This document shows positions 8,553 through 17,776 of a stretch of 46,343 nucleotides of DNA, piece by piece; positions within the stretch are counted from its first letter, which is position 1; each line of letters starts with the position of its first letter. The DNA lies in the NCBI GenBank assembly GCA_020057225.1, contig JAGVGH010000053.1:1-46343 (forward strand), in the 5' to 3' direction. This stretch comes from Desulfobacterales bacterium (GTDB taxonomy: Bacteria > Desulfobacterota > Desulfobacteria > Desulfobacterales > Desulfatibacillaceae). Below the pieces are notes generated by a model. It saw only the letters and a program-made list of their open reading frames with translations, was not told the origin of the DNA and ran no database searches. The position numbers were made by a program, and so were the translations under genes.

Positions 8553-10322
8553 TTACGTTTCACTCACGCGCCGGAACGGCTTGAAGGGAAGCCCGTCCCC
8601 CTCAAAGCACCAGCGGTACCATTCCAGGAAATTCAGACGCAAACCATGCACAACACCGCCCATGATGCCCAGAACCATGTTGAGACCGTGGCCAAAAAGA
8701 AGCACCACAACGGCCCCGACAATTCCCACGTAAGGAATGGCGTCCCGGGTCATGCCCGCCAGCATATTAAAGGTCTGGCACATGTACATGGTGGCAAGAC
8801 CTAGGGCAAAAAGCCGCAGGTAGGACAGAATATCCGCGAAAAGCTGCACCACGCCCAGGCAGCCGTTCAACCCCGCCAAAAACCGGATTACCGGGTTTCT
8901 GTTGTTCGAGGTGAACAGGAGAACCAGGGCGAACCCTGCAAGCATTGCATACGTAGCAACAGGGTTGTCTTTCCCTTCGACCATTTTGGAGATGACCAGA
9001 AAATACCCTGCCCAGGAGATGATAATCCAGCCCACCGAGGGTAAATCCCGTGTCCGCCAGAATTTGATTGCCAATGCGATGGAAAGGTGGGCGATGCCCA
9101 TCACGATGGATACTTTCATCGCGTGCCCTTGCCCTGCCACTGTGCCGAAATCCATGAGCATGAATTTCCGGGTGAAATGCCCCTCGGGAATCGCGGCCCC
9201 GAAGTACGAGGCCGTAATGATTCCAAAGAAAATGATGGAGAGCGAAAGCATGTAGTTGAGGCGGCGCAAACGGATCCACAGGGGCGAGGTGCTTTTGACC
9301 TTTTTATGCAGATACATGGCCAGTAAAAGGAAGCACACGCCGTAGCCCGCGTCGCCGATAATCATGCCGTAGAAGAGCGTAAAGCTGTAGAGAACAATCC
9401 CGCTGGGATCAAAATCCGTGTAATTCGGGGTTGAATAGACATTGACCAAATCCTCGCCGGAATCCGCGGAAGGGCCGTTCTTAAGAAGGACAGGCACCCG
9501 GTCCCCTTCCTCCGGCTCCTCGCACACCGAGTACAGGGTGAACTCCTTGCCAAGCCTGGCAAGAAGCTCCTCGTCGGTCATGGGCGACCACACCGTGAGA
9601 ATGAACAACCGGTTGTCCAGCTCCCCTGCCGTGTTGAGGATGGCCCGCTTGAGCGCCAGAGCGTTTTCCAGGGATTTTTCAGCTTTGTCCAGGGCGCCCA
9701 GATGGGCGGAAAGCGACTGGTACTCGGCCTGTATCCCTAAAAGCCTCTCTTCCCGCTCCCGGATTTCCTCTTCAATAACCGAAAGCGGTTTCGCGGGCAG
9801 CCGCTCCTCAATGAGGGGCAGCTTGGCGTCATCAAGGCTTACCGCCACAAAGGCAACCTCCCCGGAGGTTTCACTGGTCACATGGTGAAAAATACCGCCA
9901 AAATCCAGGCCCGCGTAAACCTGCCGCGCAACCCTGTAAAAACGAAGACGCGCTCCCTTGGACGCCAAGTAGGCCACATCCCCGCTCTTCATCTCTCCAA
10001 AAGGCTGTAAAAGCGACCTGTCCTTTTTAAGGGAACCCACTTCCGCGGTCAGACGCTGCTCCTCCTGAAAAAGCTCCTCCCGGCGCGCGCACACGGTTTC
10101 ATAATCCGCAGTGGATAGAAATGGTGTGCCCTCGGTTTTCCGGCGCGCAAGAAACTTTTTCGCCTCGACCACGCGCAGAAGCTCCCGCGCGTTTTCCGCA
10201 GCCTCTACCCCATCTTTGGGAAGGATGAGGTGTGTGGCGCCAACCTCCTGCAGCCGGCCAAGGAAGTGTTCCTTTTCCGTGGCAAGCCCCAGAAAGGTTA
10301 TTTTTTCCATTTTAACAATCAT
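8553..10322 (-). CDS. ntpI: V-type ATP synthase subunit I (stator a-subunit)
   Basis: 589 aa. It has a soluble coiled N-terminal half and a polytopic C-terminal half containing LSYLRLFALGLA (the conserved Arg helix). It lies between subunits D and K. Confidence 0.88.
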   Translation of the reverse strand: MIVKMEKITFLGLATEKEHFLGRLQEVGATHLILPKDGVEAAENARELLRVVEAKKFLARRKTEGTPFLSTADYETVCARREELFQEEQRLTAEVGSLKKDRSLLQPFGEMKSGDVAYLASKGARLRFYRVARQVYAGLDFGGIFHHVTSETSGEVAFVAVSLDDAKLPLIEERLPAKPLSVIEEEIREREERLLGIQAEYQSLSAHLGALDKAEKSLENALALKRAILNTAGELDNRLFILTVWSPMTDEELLARLGKEFTLYSVCEEPEEGDRVPVLLKNGPSADSGEDLVNVYSTPNYTDFDPSGIVLYSFTLFYGMIIGDAGYGVCFLLLAMYLHKKVKSTSPLWIRLRRLNYMLSLSIIFFGIITASYFGAAIPEGHFTRKFMLMDFGTVAGQGHAMKVSIVMGIAHLSIALAIKFWRTRDLPSVGWIIISWAGYFLVISKMVEGKDNPVATYAMLAGFALVLLFTSNNRNPVIRFLAGLNGCLGVVQLFADILSYLRLFALGLATMYMCQTFNMLAGMTRDAIPYVGIVGAVVVLLFGHGLNMVLGIMGGVVHGLRLNFLEWYRWCFEGDGLPFKPFRRVSET

Positions 10323-10351
10323 GGTGCAAAGCCCCTTGTCCGGCCCCTGGG

Positions 10352-10948
10352 TTACCCGGCCAGCTTGCCTTTGGCAAGCTTTGCCCGGCCAACGGCCGCG
10401 GTCTCGTCATCGCCCAGAAAGATTTTAATGCGGCGGATGTTTTCTCTGAGTTCAGGAATGAGTTTTTTCTCAAAGAGATTCACCCGCTGGGTGGTGGTGC
10501 GAAGCTCTTCCCGAAGAAGGGCCTCTTTTTTCATCAACACCTTAAGCTCCTCGCGGACAAGAATAATGCTTTTAAGTTCCGCAAGGGCGCTGTCAAACCA
10601 GTACGGGGTCGAGAAGAGCGAGTACGGCACAGGTTCGAAGGCAACCTCTTTGAACTCGGGAACCTCGACTCCGGCGATGTTGTCGGTTTCCGTCAGAACA
10701 CCCTTGACAGACAAGTACCGTTCCACCTCGACGGTCTTGTCCGACAAAAGACCCGCCCAGGGCTTTGCGCCTTCGGCAAGCCGCTCCATATCCTGGCGCC
10801 GCGCTTCCATGACAGGCTCAAGCTGCCGGATGACAAGCTGAAGCTGCATCTTTTTAAGCTGCAGGATGGGAAGAAATTTCTGGTACTTGGCCAGAGCGTC
10901 CCTCTGCTGCTTGAGCGCGGTCTTGTTAAACTTTGGCTTCTCGGACAT
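10352..10948 (-). CDS. ntpD: V-type ATP synthase subunit D
   Basis: 198-aa coiled-coil protein with NKTALKQQRDALAKYQKFLPILQLKK and TTQRVNLFEKKLIPEL, both hallmarks of V-type subunit D. Confidence 0.88.
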   Translation of the reverse strand: MSEKPKFNKTALKQQRDALAKYQKFLPILQLKKMQLQLVIRQLEPVMEARRQDMERLAEGAKPWAGLLSDKTVEVERYLSVKGVLTETDNIAGVEVPEFKEVAFEPVPYSLFSTPYWFDSALAELKSIILVREELKVLMKKEALLREELRTTTQRVNLFEKKLIPELRENIRRIKIFLGDDETAAVGRAKLAKGKLAG

Positions 10949-10953
10949 GTTCG

Positions 10954-12279
10954 TCAGGCAGCCTTTTCCATGGCCTTGATTGTATCCTTGGGCCAGAACT
11001 CGTCCACCAGGCCCTGTTTGATACCGGTTTGAACCGGATCAAAATGGCGGGCCAGAATGTCCCAGCACCTGTCCAGCGCGGCCTCGATGGGCAGGTTGAC
11101 ATTGAGTTCCATCAGCTCGGACTCGAAATCCTTGCCGTAGGCCAGCAACAACTCGTCCCACTTGGATACCTTGAACCCCATGGCGATTTTGTTCCGCGAC
11201 TCACGGCAGTCCGAGTACAGACGGATCATGGTGTTCATGATGTCGTTGTGGTCCTTGCGCGTGACCTTGCCCACCACGTTCTGTTTGAGCCGGGAAAGCG
11301 ACCCGAATGGGTCTATCTTCCCATACCGCAAATAGAACTGCCCCTCGGTGATGTACCCGGTGTTGTCCGGGATGGGGTGCGTCACGTCATCGCCCGGCAT
11401 GGTGGTGACCGCCAGGATGGTGATGGACCCAAGGCCCTGAATGTCCACCGCCTTCTCGTAGCGCGCCGCAAGCTGGGAGTACAGGTCGCCCGGGTAGCCG
11501 CGGTTGGAAGGAATCTGCTCCATGGAGATGGAGATTTCCTTGAGCGAGTCCGAGAAGTTGGTCATGTCTGTCAGCAGCACCAGCACCCGGCGCCCCGCCT
11601 CGGCGAAACGCTCGGCAACGGCAAGGGACATGTCCGGCACCAGAAGGCACTCGACCACGGGGTCTGATGCCAAGTGCATGTACATGATGACCCGGTTCAT
11701 GACGCCCGCCTCTTCAAAGGTGCGCTTGAAGAAGATGAAGTCGTCGAACTTGAGTCCCATGCCGCCCAGGATGATGATGTCCGCCTCGGCCTGCATGCCG
11801 ACCCGGGCCAAAAGCTGGTTGTACGGCTCGCCGGGAATCGAGAAAATCGGCAGCTTCTGGCTCACCACCAATGAGTTGAACACGTCAATCATCGGGATGT
11901 TGGTGCGGATCATCTGCATCGGAATGATGCGGTTGGCCGGATTGAAAGACGGCCCGCCGATGGGAATCTCCTCTTCCACCGGCTCGGGTCCGCCGTCCAC
12001 AGGCTGGCCGGAACCGTTGAAAATGCGTCCCAAAAGGGACTCCCCGAACTTGGCCTGCATGGGCACGCCCAAAAACCGCACCGTGTCGGAGGTCGAAATG
12101 CCCTTGGTGCCGCCGAAGACCTGCACGGTCACGCTTCCGCCGGAAAGGCTGATGACCTGTCCAAGCGTCGAGCGCCCCGGAGACTGGATGACCGCGAGTT
12201 CTCCAAGGCCCACGCCCGTTGCCTTGAGCGTGGCGATATTGCCGGTGATTTCGTCAATCTTGGTAATGATTTCTCGCAC
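10954..12279 (-). CDS. ntpB: V-type ATP synthase subunit B
   Basis: 441 aa. It contains the non-catalytic nucleotide-site region [14 protein letters not shown] and the block [47 protein letters not shown]. Confidence 0.93.
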   Translation of the reverse strand: MREIITKIDEITGNIATLKATGVGLGELAVIQSPGRSTLGQVISLSGGSVTVQVFGGTKGISTSDTVRFLGVPMQAKFGESLLGRIFNGSGQPVDGGPEPVEEEIPIGGPSFNPANRIIPMQMIRTNIPMIDVFNSLVVSQKLPIFSIPGEPYNQLLARVGMQAEADIIILGGMGLKFDDFIFFKRTFEEAGVMNRVIMYMHLASDPVVECLLVPDMSLAVAERFAEAGRRVLVLLTDMTNFSDSLKEISISMEQIPSNRGYPGDLYSQLAARYEKAVDIQGLGSITILAVTTMPGDDVTHPIPDNTGYITEGQFYLRYGKIDPFGSLSRLKQNVVGKVTRKDHNDIMNTMIRLYSDCRESRNKIAMGFKVSKWDELLLAYGKDFESELMELNVNLPIEAALDRCWDILARHFDPVQTGIKQGLVDEFWPKDTIKAMEKAA

Positions 12280-12281
12280 GG

Positions 12282-14030
12282 CTAGTCCCTCAGAAAGTCC
12301 ATGACCTGCTGTTCATAATTCCGGAAAGCCGCCTCGCCCCAGGGGGAAGAGTTCCAGTTTTTGAAGAGCGCGGTCAGGCGGAAGAAGATGTTCCGGGCGT
12401 CGTCCTTGTCCTTGGCCTTGATGTCCTTCAAGAGAATGGCGTACACCTGATCAAAGGTATGCACCTGGCGCTCGAGGGTGTTGGCCGCGTCCACGGCGTC
12501 AAAGGCGTTCTGCTGCAAAAACACCGCGTCGAGAAATTCGGCCTTGAGATACATGATGAAGTCGGAGAGGGAGGTTCCTTCCTCGCCAACAACGTCCATG
12601 CGTTTTTTGACTTCCGCGCCCTCGTGGATCATGCGCTGGGCGCCCTTGACACGGTCAATCCAGCCGGGAGCGCGGCGGTCCAGGCTTTCCCGCATCTGGT
12701 CAAGGTACTTGGACCAGGAAATCAAGGGGTCAATGGCCGGGAAGCGGCGCGCGTTGGAGCGCGCCCAGGTAAGGCCCAAAAACGCGCCGACAACCGCGAG
12801 GGTGCCCTGGGTCACAGGCTCCTCAAAGTTGCCGCCCGCGGGAGAGACCGTGCCGATGATGGACACGGAACCGGTCTGGCCGTTCCTAAGCCGAACCAGA
12901 CCCGCGCGCTCGTAGAACTCGGCGATGCGGGACTGGAGATAGGCAGGGAAGGCTTCCTCGCCGGGGATTTCCTCAAGGCGGCCCGACATTTCGCGGAGCG
13001 CCTGCGCCCAGCGGGATGTGGAGTCGGCCAGAAGAAGCACGCCAAGGCCCATCTGACGGTAATACTCTGCCAGGGTCACAGCGGTGTAGATGGAGGCCTC
13101 GCGGGCGGCGACCGGCATGGAGCTTGTGTTGCAGATGATGATGGTGCGCTCCATGAGGGTGCGGCCCGTGTAGGGGTCTTCCAGGTGGGGGAACTCGCGC
13201 AGGGTCTCCACGACCTCGCCCGCGCGCTCTCCGCACGCGGCCACCAGGATGATATCCACGTCCGCGTACCGGGAAATAAGCTGCTGGAGCACTGTCTTGC
13301 CCGAGCCAAAAGGACCGGGGATGCAGGCGGTGCCGCCCTTTGCGACCGGATAGAAGGAGTCAATGATACGGCAGCCCGTGACCAGGGGCTCCGTGGGAAG
13401 AATCCGCTCCTGGTACAGCTTGAGCGGAATCTTGATGGGCCAGACCTGCACCATGCCGAGCTCGCGGGTCTTCCCGTTCTCATCCTTCACCACCGCGACC
13501 GTCTTGTCCACCGTGTATTCGCCCTTGGGCGACATCTTCACAATGGTGGCCTTGCCGATGAAGTTGAAGGGCACAAAAATCTGGTGCTCGAACTTGCCCT
13601 CCGGCACCCAGCCCAGCACATCGCCCGCCGCGACCTCCTGCCCTTCCTTGGCGGTCGGCGTGAACGTCCACTTGCTCTCCCGGTCAAGACTGGCAAGATA
13701 AATGCCGCGCTTGAGGAAGAGTCCCGCTGCCTCGGACAGCTTGGGCAGGGGGTTTTGCAAACCGTCGTAAATCTGCTGCAAAAGCCCGGGACCCAGCTCC
13801 ACGACAAGAAGGTCGCCGGTGAACTCCACCGTGTCGCCCACCTGAATGCCCCGCGTGTCCTCAAAGACCTGCACGTTGCATTTGTCTCCGCGGACGCGGA
13901 TGACCTCGCTCTTGAGCCGGCCGCCGTCAGAACACAGAATGTAGGCAACCTCATTCTGACGGACCGATCCCTCGAACGCGGCGGTGACCATGTTACCGTA
14001 AGCCGCCACAACTTTACCCAACGCGGACAT
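12282..14030 (-). CDS. ntpA: V-type ATP synthase catalytic subunit A
   Basis: 582 aa with Walker [47 protein letters not shown] and the non-homologous insert typical of A subunits. Confidence 0.95.
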   Translation of the reverse strand: MSALGKVVAAYGNMVTAAFEGSVRQNEVAYILCSDGGRLKSEVIRVRGDKCNVQVFEDTRGIQVGDTVEFTGDLLVVELGPGLLQQIYDGLQNPLPKLSEAAGLFLKRGIYLASLDRESKWTFTPTAKEGQEVAAGDVLGWVPEGKFEHQIFVPFNFIGKATIVKMSPKGEYTVDKTVAVVKDENGKTRELGMVQVWPIKIPLKLYQERILPTEPLVTGCRIIDSFYPVAKGGTACIPGPFGSGKTVLQQLISRYADVDIILVAACGERAGEVVETLREFPHLEDPYTGRTLMERTIIICNTSSMPVAAREASIYTAVTLAEYYRQMGLGVLLLADSTSRWAQALREMSGRLEEIPGEEAFPAYLQSRIAEFYERAGLVRLRNGQTGSVSIIGTVSPAGGNFEEPVTQGTLAVVGAFLGLTWARSNARRFPAIDPLISWSKYLDQMRESLDRRAPGWIDRVKGAQRMIHEGAEVKKRMDVVGEEGTSLSDFIMYLKAEFLDAVFLQQNAFDAVDAANTLERQVHTFDQVYAILLKDIKAKDKDDARNIFFRLTALFKNWNSSPWGEAAFRNYEQQVMDFLRD

Positions 14031-14032
14031 TG

Positions 14033-14794
14033 TTACTGTTCCTCCAATCGCCGAACTTTCTCCATTCCGGCCTCGGCACTCAGGGCCAGGCGGCTTTCGA
14101 GCATTTCGAGCTTGAGCATGTACGCCAGGATGGCGTTGAAATCAAAAGCGTCGGAACCTGCGCTTTCTTCCAGGAAGTCCCAAAGGATTTTTTCCACCAC
14201 TTCCTGGCGCCTGGACGGTGTATCCGCCACGAGCGCCTCGCCAAACCAGGGAACCTCCTCTGAAAGACCGAAGTCCTCCGCGTTGGATGTGGCAAGCTGC
14301 TCCGCCAGTTCCCCTCCGCCAAAGACCTGCTCTGCCACATCCATCCCCAACTGGCGCGCCCTCAGAGCCGCCAGGATGTTTTTCAGGTCTTTTTCAAAGG
14401 AGAGGTATTTTTTGAGCAAACCGCTGGTGGCGCGGGACAAGGCGAAATCATAGTATGCTGCCTGAAGGCGGCCCGAGTCCTCCGGGGAAAGACGCTGCGC
14501 GGAGTCCCGCCCCGTGAGGAATTCCGCCAGAAACTCCGGCGCGTTCTCCGGCTTTTTAACCTCTTCCCGCCAAAAAGCGAGGGAGTGCCGGGAATGGGGC
14601 AGCTCTATTTCCCGCCCGTTCAAAAGGGCCTCGCACATCCTGACATCGCGGTGCAAAAGGACGAGGGCGATATCCTCCACGTCCTCAGGCGCCATGTAGG
14701 CCCGCTCCTCAAGGAAACCCTCAAGGTTCACCCGCAGTTTCCGGTCGTCCCGGTGAATGTCGGGCAAATAGCCCCCAAGAAAATAGTATCTCAT
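14033..14794 (-). CDS. DUF2764-like protein (C/d-subunit surrogate of compact bacterial V-ATPase operons)
   Basis: 253-aa helical protein beginning MRYYFLGGYLPDI. It lies between subunits E and A, and its start overlaps the E stop (4-nt overlap). The family assignment is from memory of Bacteroidota/Chlamydia-type operons. Confidence 0.6.
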   Translation of the reverse strand: MRYYFLGGYLPDIHRDDRKLRVNLEGFLEERAYMAPEDVEDIALVLLHRDVRMCEALLNGREIELPHSRHSLAFWREEVKKPENAPEFLAEFLTGRDSAQRLSPEDSGRLQAAYYDFALSRATSGLLKKYLSFEKDLKNILAALRARQLGMDVAEQVFGGGELAEQLATSNAEDFGLSEEVPWFGEALVADTPSRRQEVVEKILWDFLEESAGSDAFDFNAILAYMLKLEMLESRLALSAEAGMEKVRRLEEQ

Positions 14795-15441
14795 TTCCTG
14801 GCCGCTTCCTCTGTCTTGACGGGCTTGAACAGCCCGCGGAACCTGGGCGCCAAATAGTTAAGGAACAGGGCAAGGAAGGCTTCGTCCGAGAAATCCAGCC
14901 GGACATTCCCGCTGGACTTGTCCACCTGGAAGCCGAACTTGACGCCGCCTGTTTCAAGCTGCGCGGCAATGACTCCGCTGGCGGTGCCGAAATGCCGGGC
15001 CATCAGGTCGGAGGCGTAGGTGTGGAGGTCGTTCTGGGCTCCTGCGGGAAGCACCAGTTTGATTTGCTCCCGTCCCGGATTTTTGGCGTAGGCCTCGACG
15101 AATTTCTCCATCAGCTTCTTGAGAAATTCCGCCCCGCCCAGCTCCTTTGCCAGTTCCTTCTGAAGAGGAATGACAAGAAGCTCTTTTTCGAGCACGCGCT
15201 TCAAGCTGCCCACGAACTGGGAGGCCGCGATTTCCATGGAAGACTGGAGGCGCGCCATACGCTGGTCCGCCTCGGCCTGGGCTTTGGCCACAATGGCCCT
15301 GGCCTCCGCCTCGGCCTGGGCTTTGATTTCCGCGGCCTTTTTTTCCGCGTCCTCGACAACCCGGCGCGCGGCCTCTTCTCCGCTTTCCACCCCCTGCCGC
15401 TTCAGGGCGGTTATAAGATCCTGCAACTTGTCATTGGCCAT
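14791..15441 (-). CDS. ntpE: V-type ATP synthase subunit E
   Basis: 216 aa. The N-terminus is an Ala/Glu/Lys-rich long helix (EEAARRVVEDAEKKAAEIKAQAEAEARAIVAKAQAEA) and the C-terminus is globular. It is the first gene of the operon. Confidence 0.8.
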   Translation of the reverse strand: MANDKLQDLITALKRQGVESGEEAARRVVEDAEKKAAEIKAQAEAEARAIVAKAQAEADQRMARLQSSMEIAASQFVGSLKRVLEKELLVIPLQKELAKELGGAEFLKKLMEKFVEAYAKNPGREQIKLVLPAGAQNDLHTYASDLMARHFGTASGVIAAQLETGGVKFGFQVDKSSGNVRLDFSDEAFLALFLNYLAPRFRGLFKPVKTEEAARK

Positions 15442-15624
15442 CGTACCCGACTCCTTGCGAACATTTCCCGTGAAACCACGGACCAGACCGGATGCGCCAC
15501 GGCGCTGTTATGGAACCTCGCGCGAGGAGCTAACGCCGACGGAAAGCCGCGCCAATTCTCCCCGTTTTTCTTCGTTTTTGTTGGGATTGTTTTGGACGTT
15601 TTTTTCCGTTCAAAACCGGAAGTG

Positions 15625-15653
15625 GCTATAAGCCGCTGGACGCAATGTGTCAA
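15625..15653 (-). promoter_or_regulatory. candidate sigma-70 promoter of the V-ATPase operon
   Basis: The minus strand reads TTGACA-17 nt-TATAGC, about 175 nt upstream of ATG 15441. Confidence 0.45.
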
Positions 15654-16054
15654 GGACTTTCTTGGCGGGTTTGGGCTTTTTTTCACAAGGTTCGGCAAAT
15701 CCGCTTTCTTTTTATTCAACTACTTGAAATTACTAATATGGGCGTAAAAGCATTAAGCCATGCTAACGCGGCCCCGGAACTCTTAACCGGCGGCAGGCTG
15801 AACGCCCTTGCGTAACAAGGAATTTCCTGCGGAGCAGTCTTTTTTTTTGAAAAACCGGCGGGATTTGTGGCCCGGCTTGGCAACGTCGGCGGCCGCAAGG
15901 ACGCGCCGCGGGAGGTGAACCGGCTTAGGGAGGGCTGCACCCACGTGGTGGTCGCCGGCCTCCCAAGCTATTTCGACACCTCACAGCACGACCGGCTGAT
16001 GAGACTGGTCGAGGAGCGCGTCAGCGACGGACAGGCGCGAGTAGAAATAGCCAA

Positions 16055-16089
16055 GGCCGCGCCGCGGCGTGCAAACCGCCGGCGCGGCC
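16055..16089 (-). terminator. GC-rich stem-loop downstream of the DUF1848 gene (possible terminator)
   Basis: ggccgcgccgcggcg-tgcaaa-ccgccggcgcggcc lies 40 nt past the stop at 16129. On the minus strand it is followed only by a weak T-rich tract (TTGGCTATTTCT). Confidence 0.4.
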
Positions 16090-16128
16090 CCGAAAAATAC
16101 AGGAAAGCAACCGGCCTATCGCCCCCCC

Positions 16129-17007
16129 TCACCTCCCCGGGTTCGCGTAGCAGTACAGACAGCCGTGCCTGCAGGGCTGGCCCCGGTACGAGCCGATGTC
16201 CCGGCTTGTCTTGCATCCGCAGCCCTCGGCCGCGCGCTGGCCTTTGTCGGCCTGATGCGAAAGTCCAGGCCCGTAGAGCCGCTCCAAGAGCGCGTGGGAA
16301 ACACACGAGGCCGGGGCAATTGCAGAGCCTTGGGGAAGGCTTTGTAAAAGCCCTCCCTCGCAGCACAGGGAAAGGGAAATCCCCCGGTCTTTGAGCTCTT
16401 TTTCCATCCACCCGAGAAGCTCGCGCTTTCTTTCCGGGGGCGGGTCGTAAAAGGCAAACCCGGCCACGCGCCCCGCCCTGCGGAGTGTCTTTTTGTAGAG
16501 GTCCAAAAAACTCGTGGCGCAGCGGATGATTCCCGCCTTGGCCGCCGCGTCGGCGATGCGAAGGAAATCCCCCAGGTTGTCCCCTGGCGCCCTGTCCCGG
16601 GTGTAATGGCATATCGGGTCAAACCTCCAGGTCACAGCCTCGGGGGAAACAGCCCGGGCAAGGCCGTCCAACTGGGCGAGGCGGACGGAAAGGGGCGGGA
16701 CTCCGGGTTCCAGCAGCGTGTCATGGGTGTTGACGGTGAATTGAAAGGCAAGGCCGTAGCCGCGTTTCCGGAGTGCCGCGGCGTGTCCGGCCTTGAGAAA
16801 GGGGCCGTAGTTCTTGCTCCAGAACACGATGGAGTGAACACGGTCCGGCGTGGCGGGAACCACGCTTTCTTTTCCTGAGAAGGGGTTGGGGACGGTGAAT
16901 TCCCCCTGGTCCAGAGAGGACACAAACCAGTCCATGTAGAAGGCGGGGATGTCGGTGCGGCGGCTGGCGGAAAGGACGGTTTTTTCCGGTCCGCAAAAGA
17001 GGTCCAT
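16129..17007 (-). CDS. DUF1848 domain-containing protein
   Basis: It has the family-typical N-terminal SASRRTDIPAFYMDWF and a C-terminal Cys cluster GCGCKTSRDIGSYRGQPCRHGCLYCYANP. The start is set at ATG 17007; ORF-start 17037 is the alternative. Confidence 0.8.
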   Translation of the reverse strand: MDLFCGPEKTVLSASRRTDIPAFYMDWFVSSLDQGEFTVPNPFSGKESVVPATPDRVHSIVFWSKNYGPFLKAGHAAALRKRGYGLAFQFTVNTHDTLLEPGVPPLSVRLAQLDGLARAVSPEAVTWRFDPICHYTRDRAPGDNLGDFLRIADAAAKAGIIRCATSFLDLYKKTLRRAGRVAGFAFYDPPPERKRELLGWMEKELKDRGISLSLCCEGGLLQSLPQGSAIAPASCVSHALLERLYGPGLSHQADKGQRAAEGCGCKTSRDIGSYRGQPCRHGCLYCYANPGR

Positions 17008-17043
17008 GGCTTGCCCATTGGGTCGGGAATCCGGCACAGACGT

Positions 17044-17607
17044 TTAGGTTTTAGCCTGCGCGGAGTTTTCCTTGTCATATTGCCAGAGCGCCCGGTCCAA
17101 TGTTCGCATGGATACACCTATATCAATTGCTAAGTCACGGCAAAATAGAACGTAGTTCCACCAAAAATCGAAGTGATAAGTAGGGTTTTTTGGTATTTCA
17201 ATGGATAAAGAATTTAGCGCATGATAATCGAGAATTGGATAATTATCTTGATGAAAAAGATGCAAGATAGCTGAGGCCATAGGCCATGCTACTCCATCTA
17301 GAATTTGTAACGCCTCAATGCGCGCTCTTTCACAAGTTGTTTTTAGGCTGAATCGAGTTAAATCAACAATACAACTTTTATCGTTTTTTTGAATATATTT
17401 TCTCGGTCTTGGTGATTTCCAGTCTGCAATTATGCGAAATTCATCTTCTGTTAAGTGTCCACGCTGTTGAACATTATCTTTCATTAATATGATAGACTTT
17501 TCTGTATCCATAACTGATTTTTTCGTAGCATTTATGTAATTCTTTTCCAAGTCCATGAGTTCGGATTTATCGAATTTAAGAGTTGGCTTAAATTCTAACT
17601 TTGGCAT
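17044..17607 (-). CDS. hypothetical protein on a low-G+C island (tentatively HhH/OGG-fold-like)
   Basis: ATG 17607 has GAGGA about 8 nt upstream; ORF-start 17676 is less likely. G+C is about one-third (20 of 60 in line 17161), against about two-thirds in the flanks. The block LDGVAWPMASAILHLFHQDNYPILDYHALNSL ... MRTLDRALWQY recalls small HhH/OGG-fold proteins. The function call is weak. Confidence 0.75.
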   Translation of the reverse strand: MPKLEFKPTLKFDKSELMDLEKNYINATKKSVMDTEKSIILMKDNVQQRGHLTEDEFRIIADWKSPRPRKYIQKNDKSCIVDLTRFSLKTTCERARIEALQILDGVAWPMASAILHLFHQDNYPILDYHALNSLSIEIPKNPTYHFDFWWNYVLFCRDLAIDIGVSMRTLDRALWQYDKENSAQAKT

Positions 17608-17702
17608 TGCATTTTCCTCTGAGTTATTATAGTATTTGAACTTGTTTAAATAATTATGCTTCGGCAAATTGTGCATAGAGCAACACCGAAGACCGCATTT
17701 GT

Positions 17703-17735
17703 CGGATGAACCTGCGCTTCGCGCAGAACCATCCG
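17703..17735. repeat. REP-like GC-rich palindromic unit, copy 2 (between the pheT stop and the low-G+C island)
   Basis: cggatgaacctgcgcttcgcgcagaaccatccg is a hairpin with a 3x3 internal loop. Its reverse complement matches 124..145 at 21 of 22 positions. Confidence 0.45.
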
Positions 17736-17776
17736 ACCTACGCCTAAATCTGCTGTTTCAAGTTACCAAAGTAGAA

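Noticed and set aside
15996-16003. A CUGAUGAG string suggesting a hammerhead ribozyme core in the intergenic region between the V-ATPase operon and DUF1848.
   Set aside because: There is no matching GAAA / stem III arrangement or flanking helices. It is an isolated 8-mer.
15867-16394. A 175-aa plus-strand ORF starting in the 15.8-16.1 kb intergenic region.
   Set aside because: It runs antisense into the DUF1848 gene and has no ribosome-binding site or recognisable motifs. I could not support any CDS or ncRNA in 15.7-16.05 kb.
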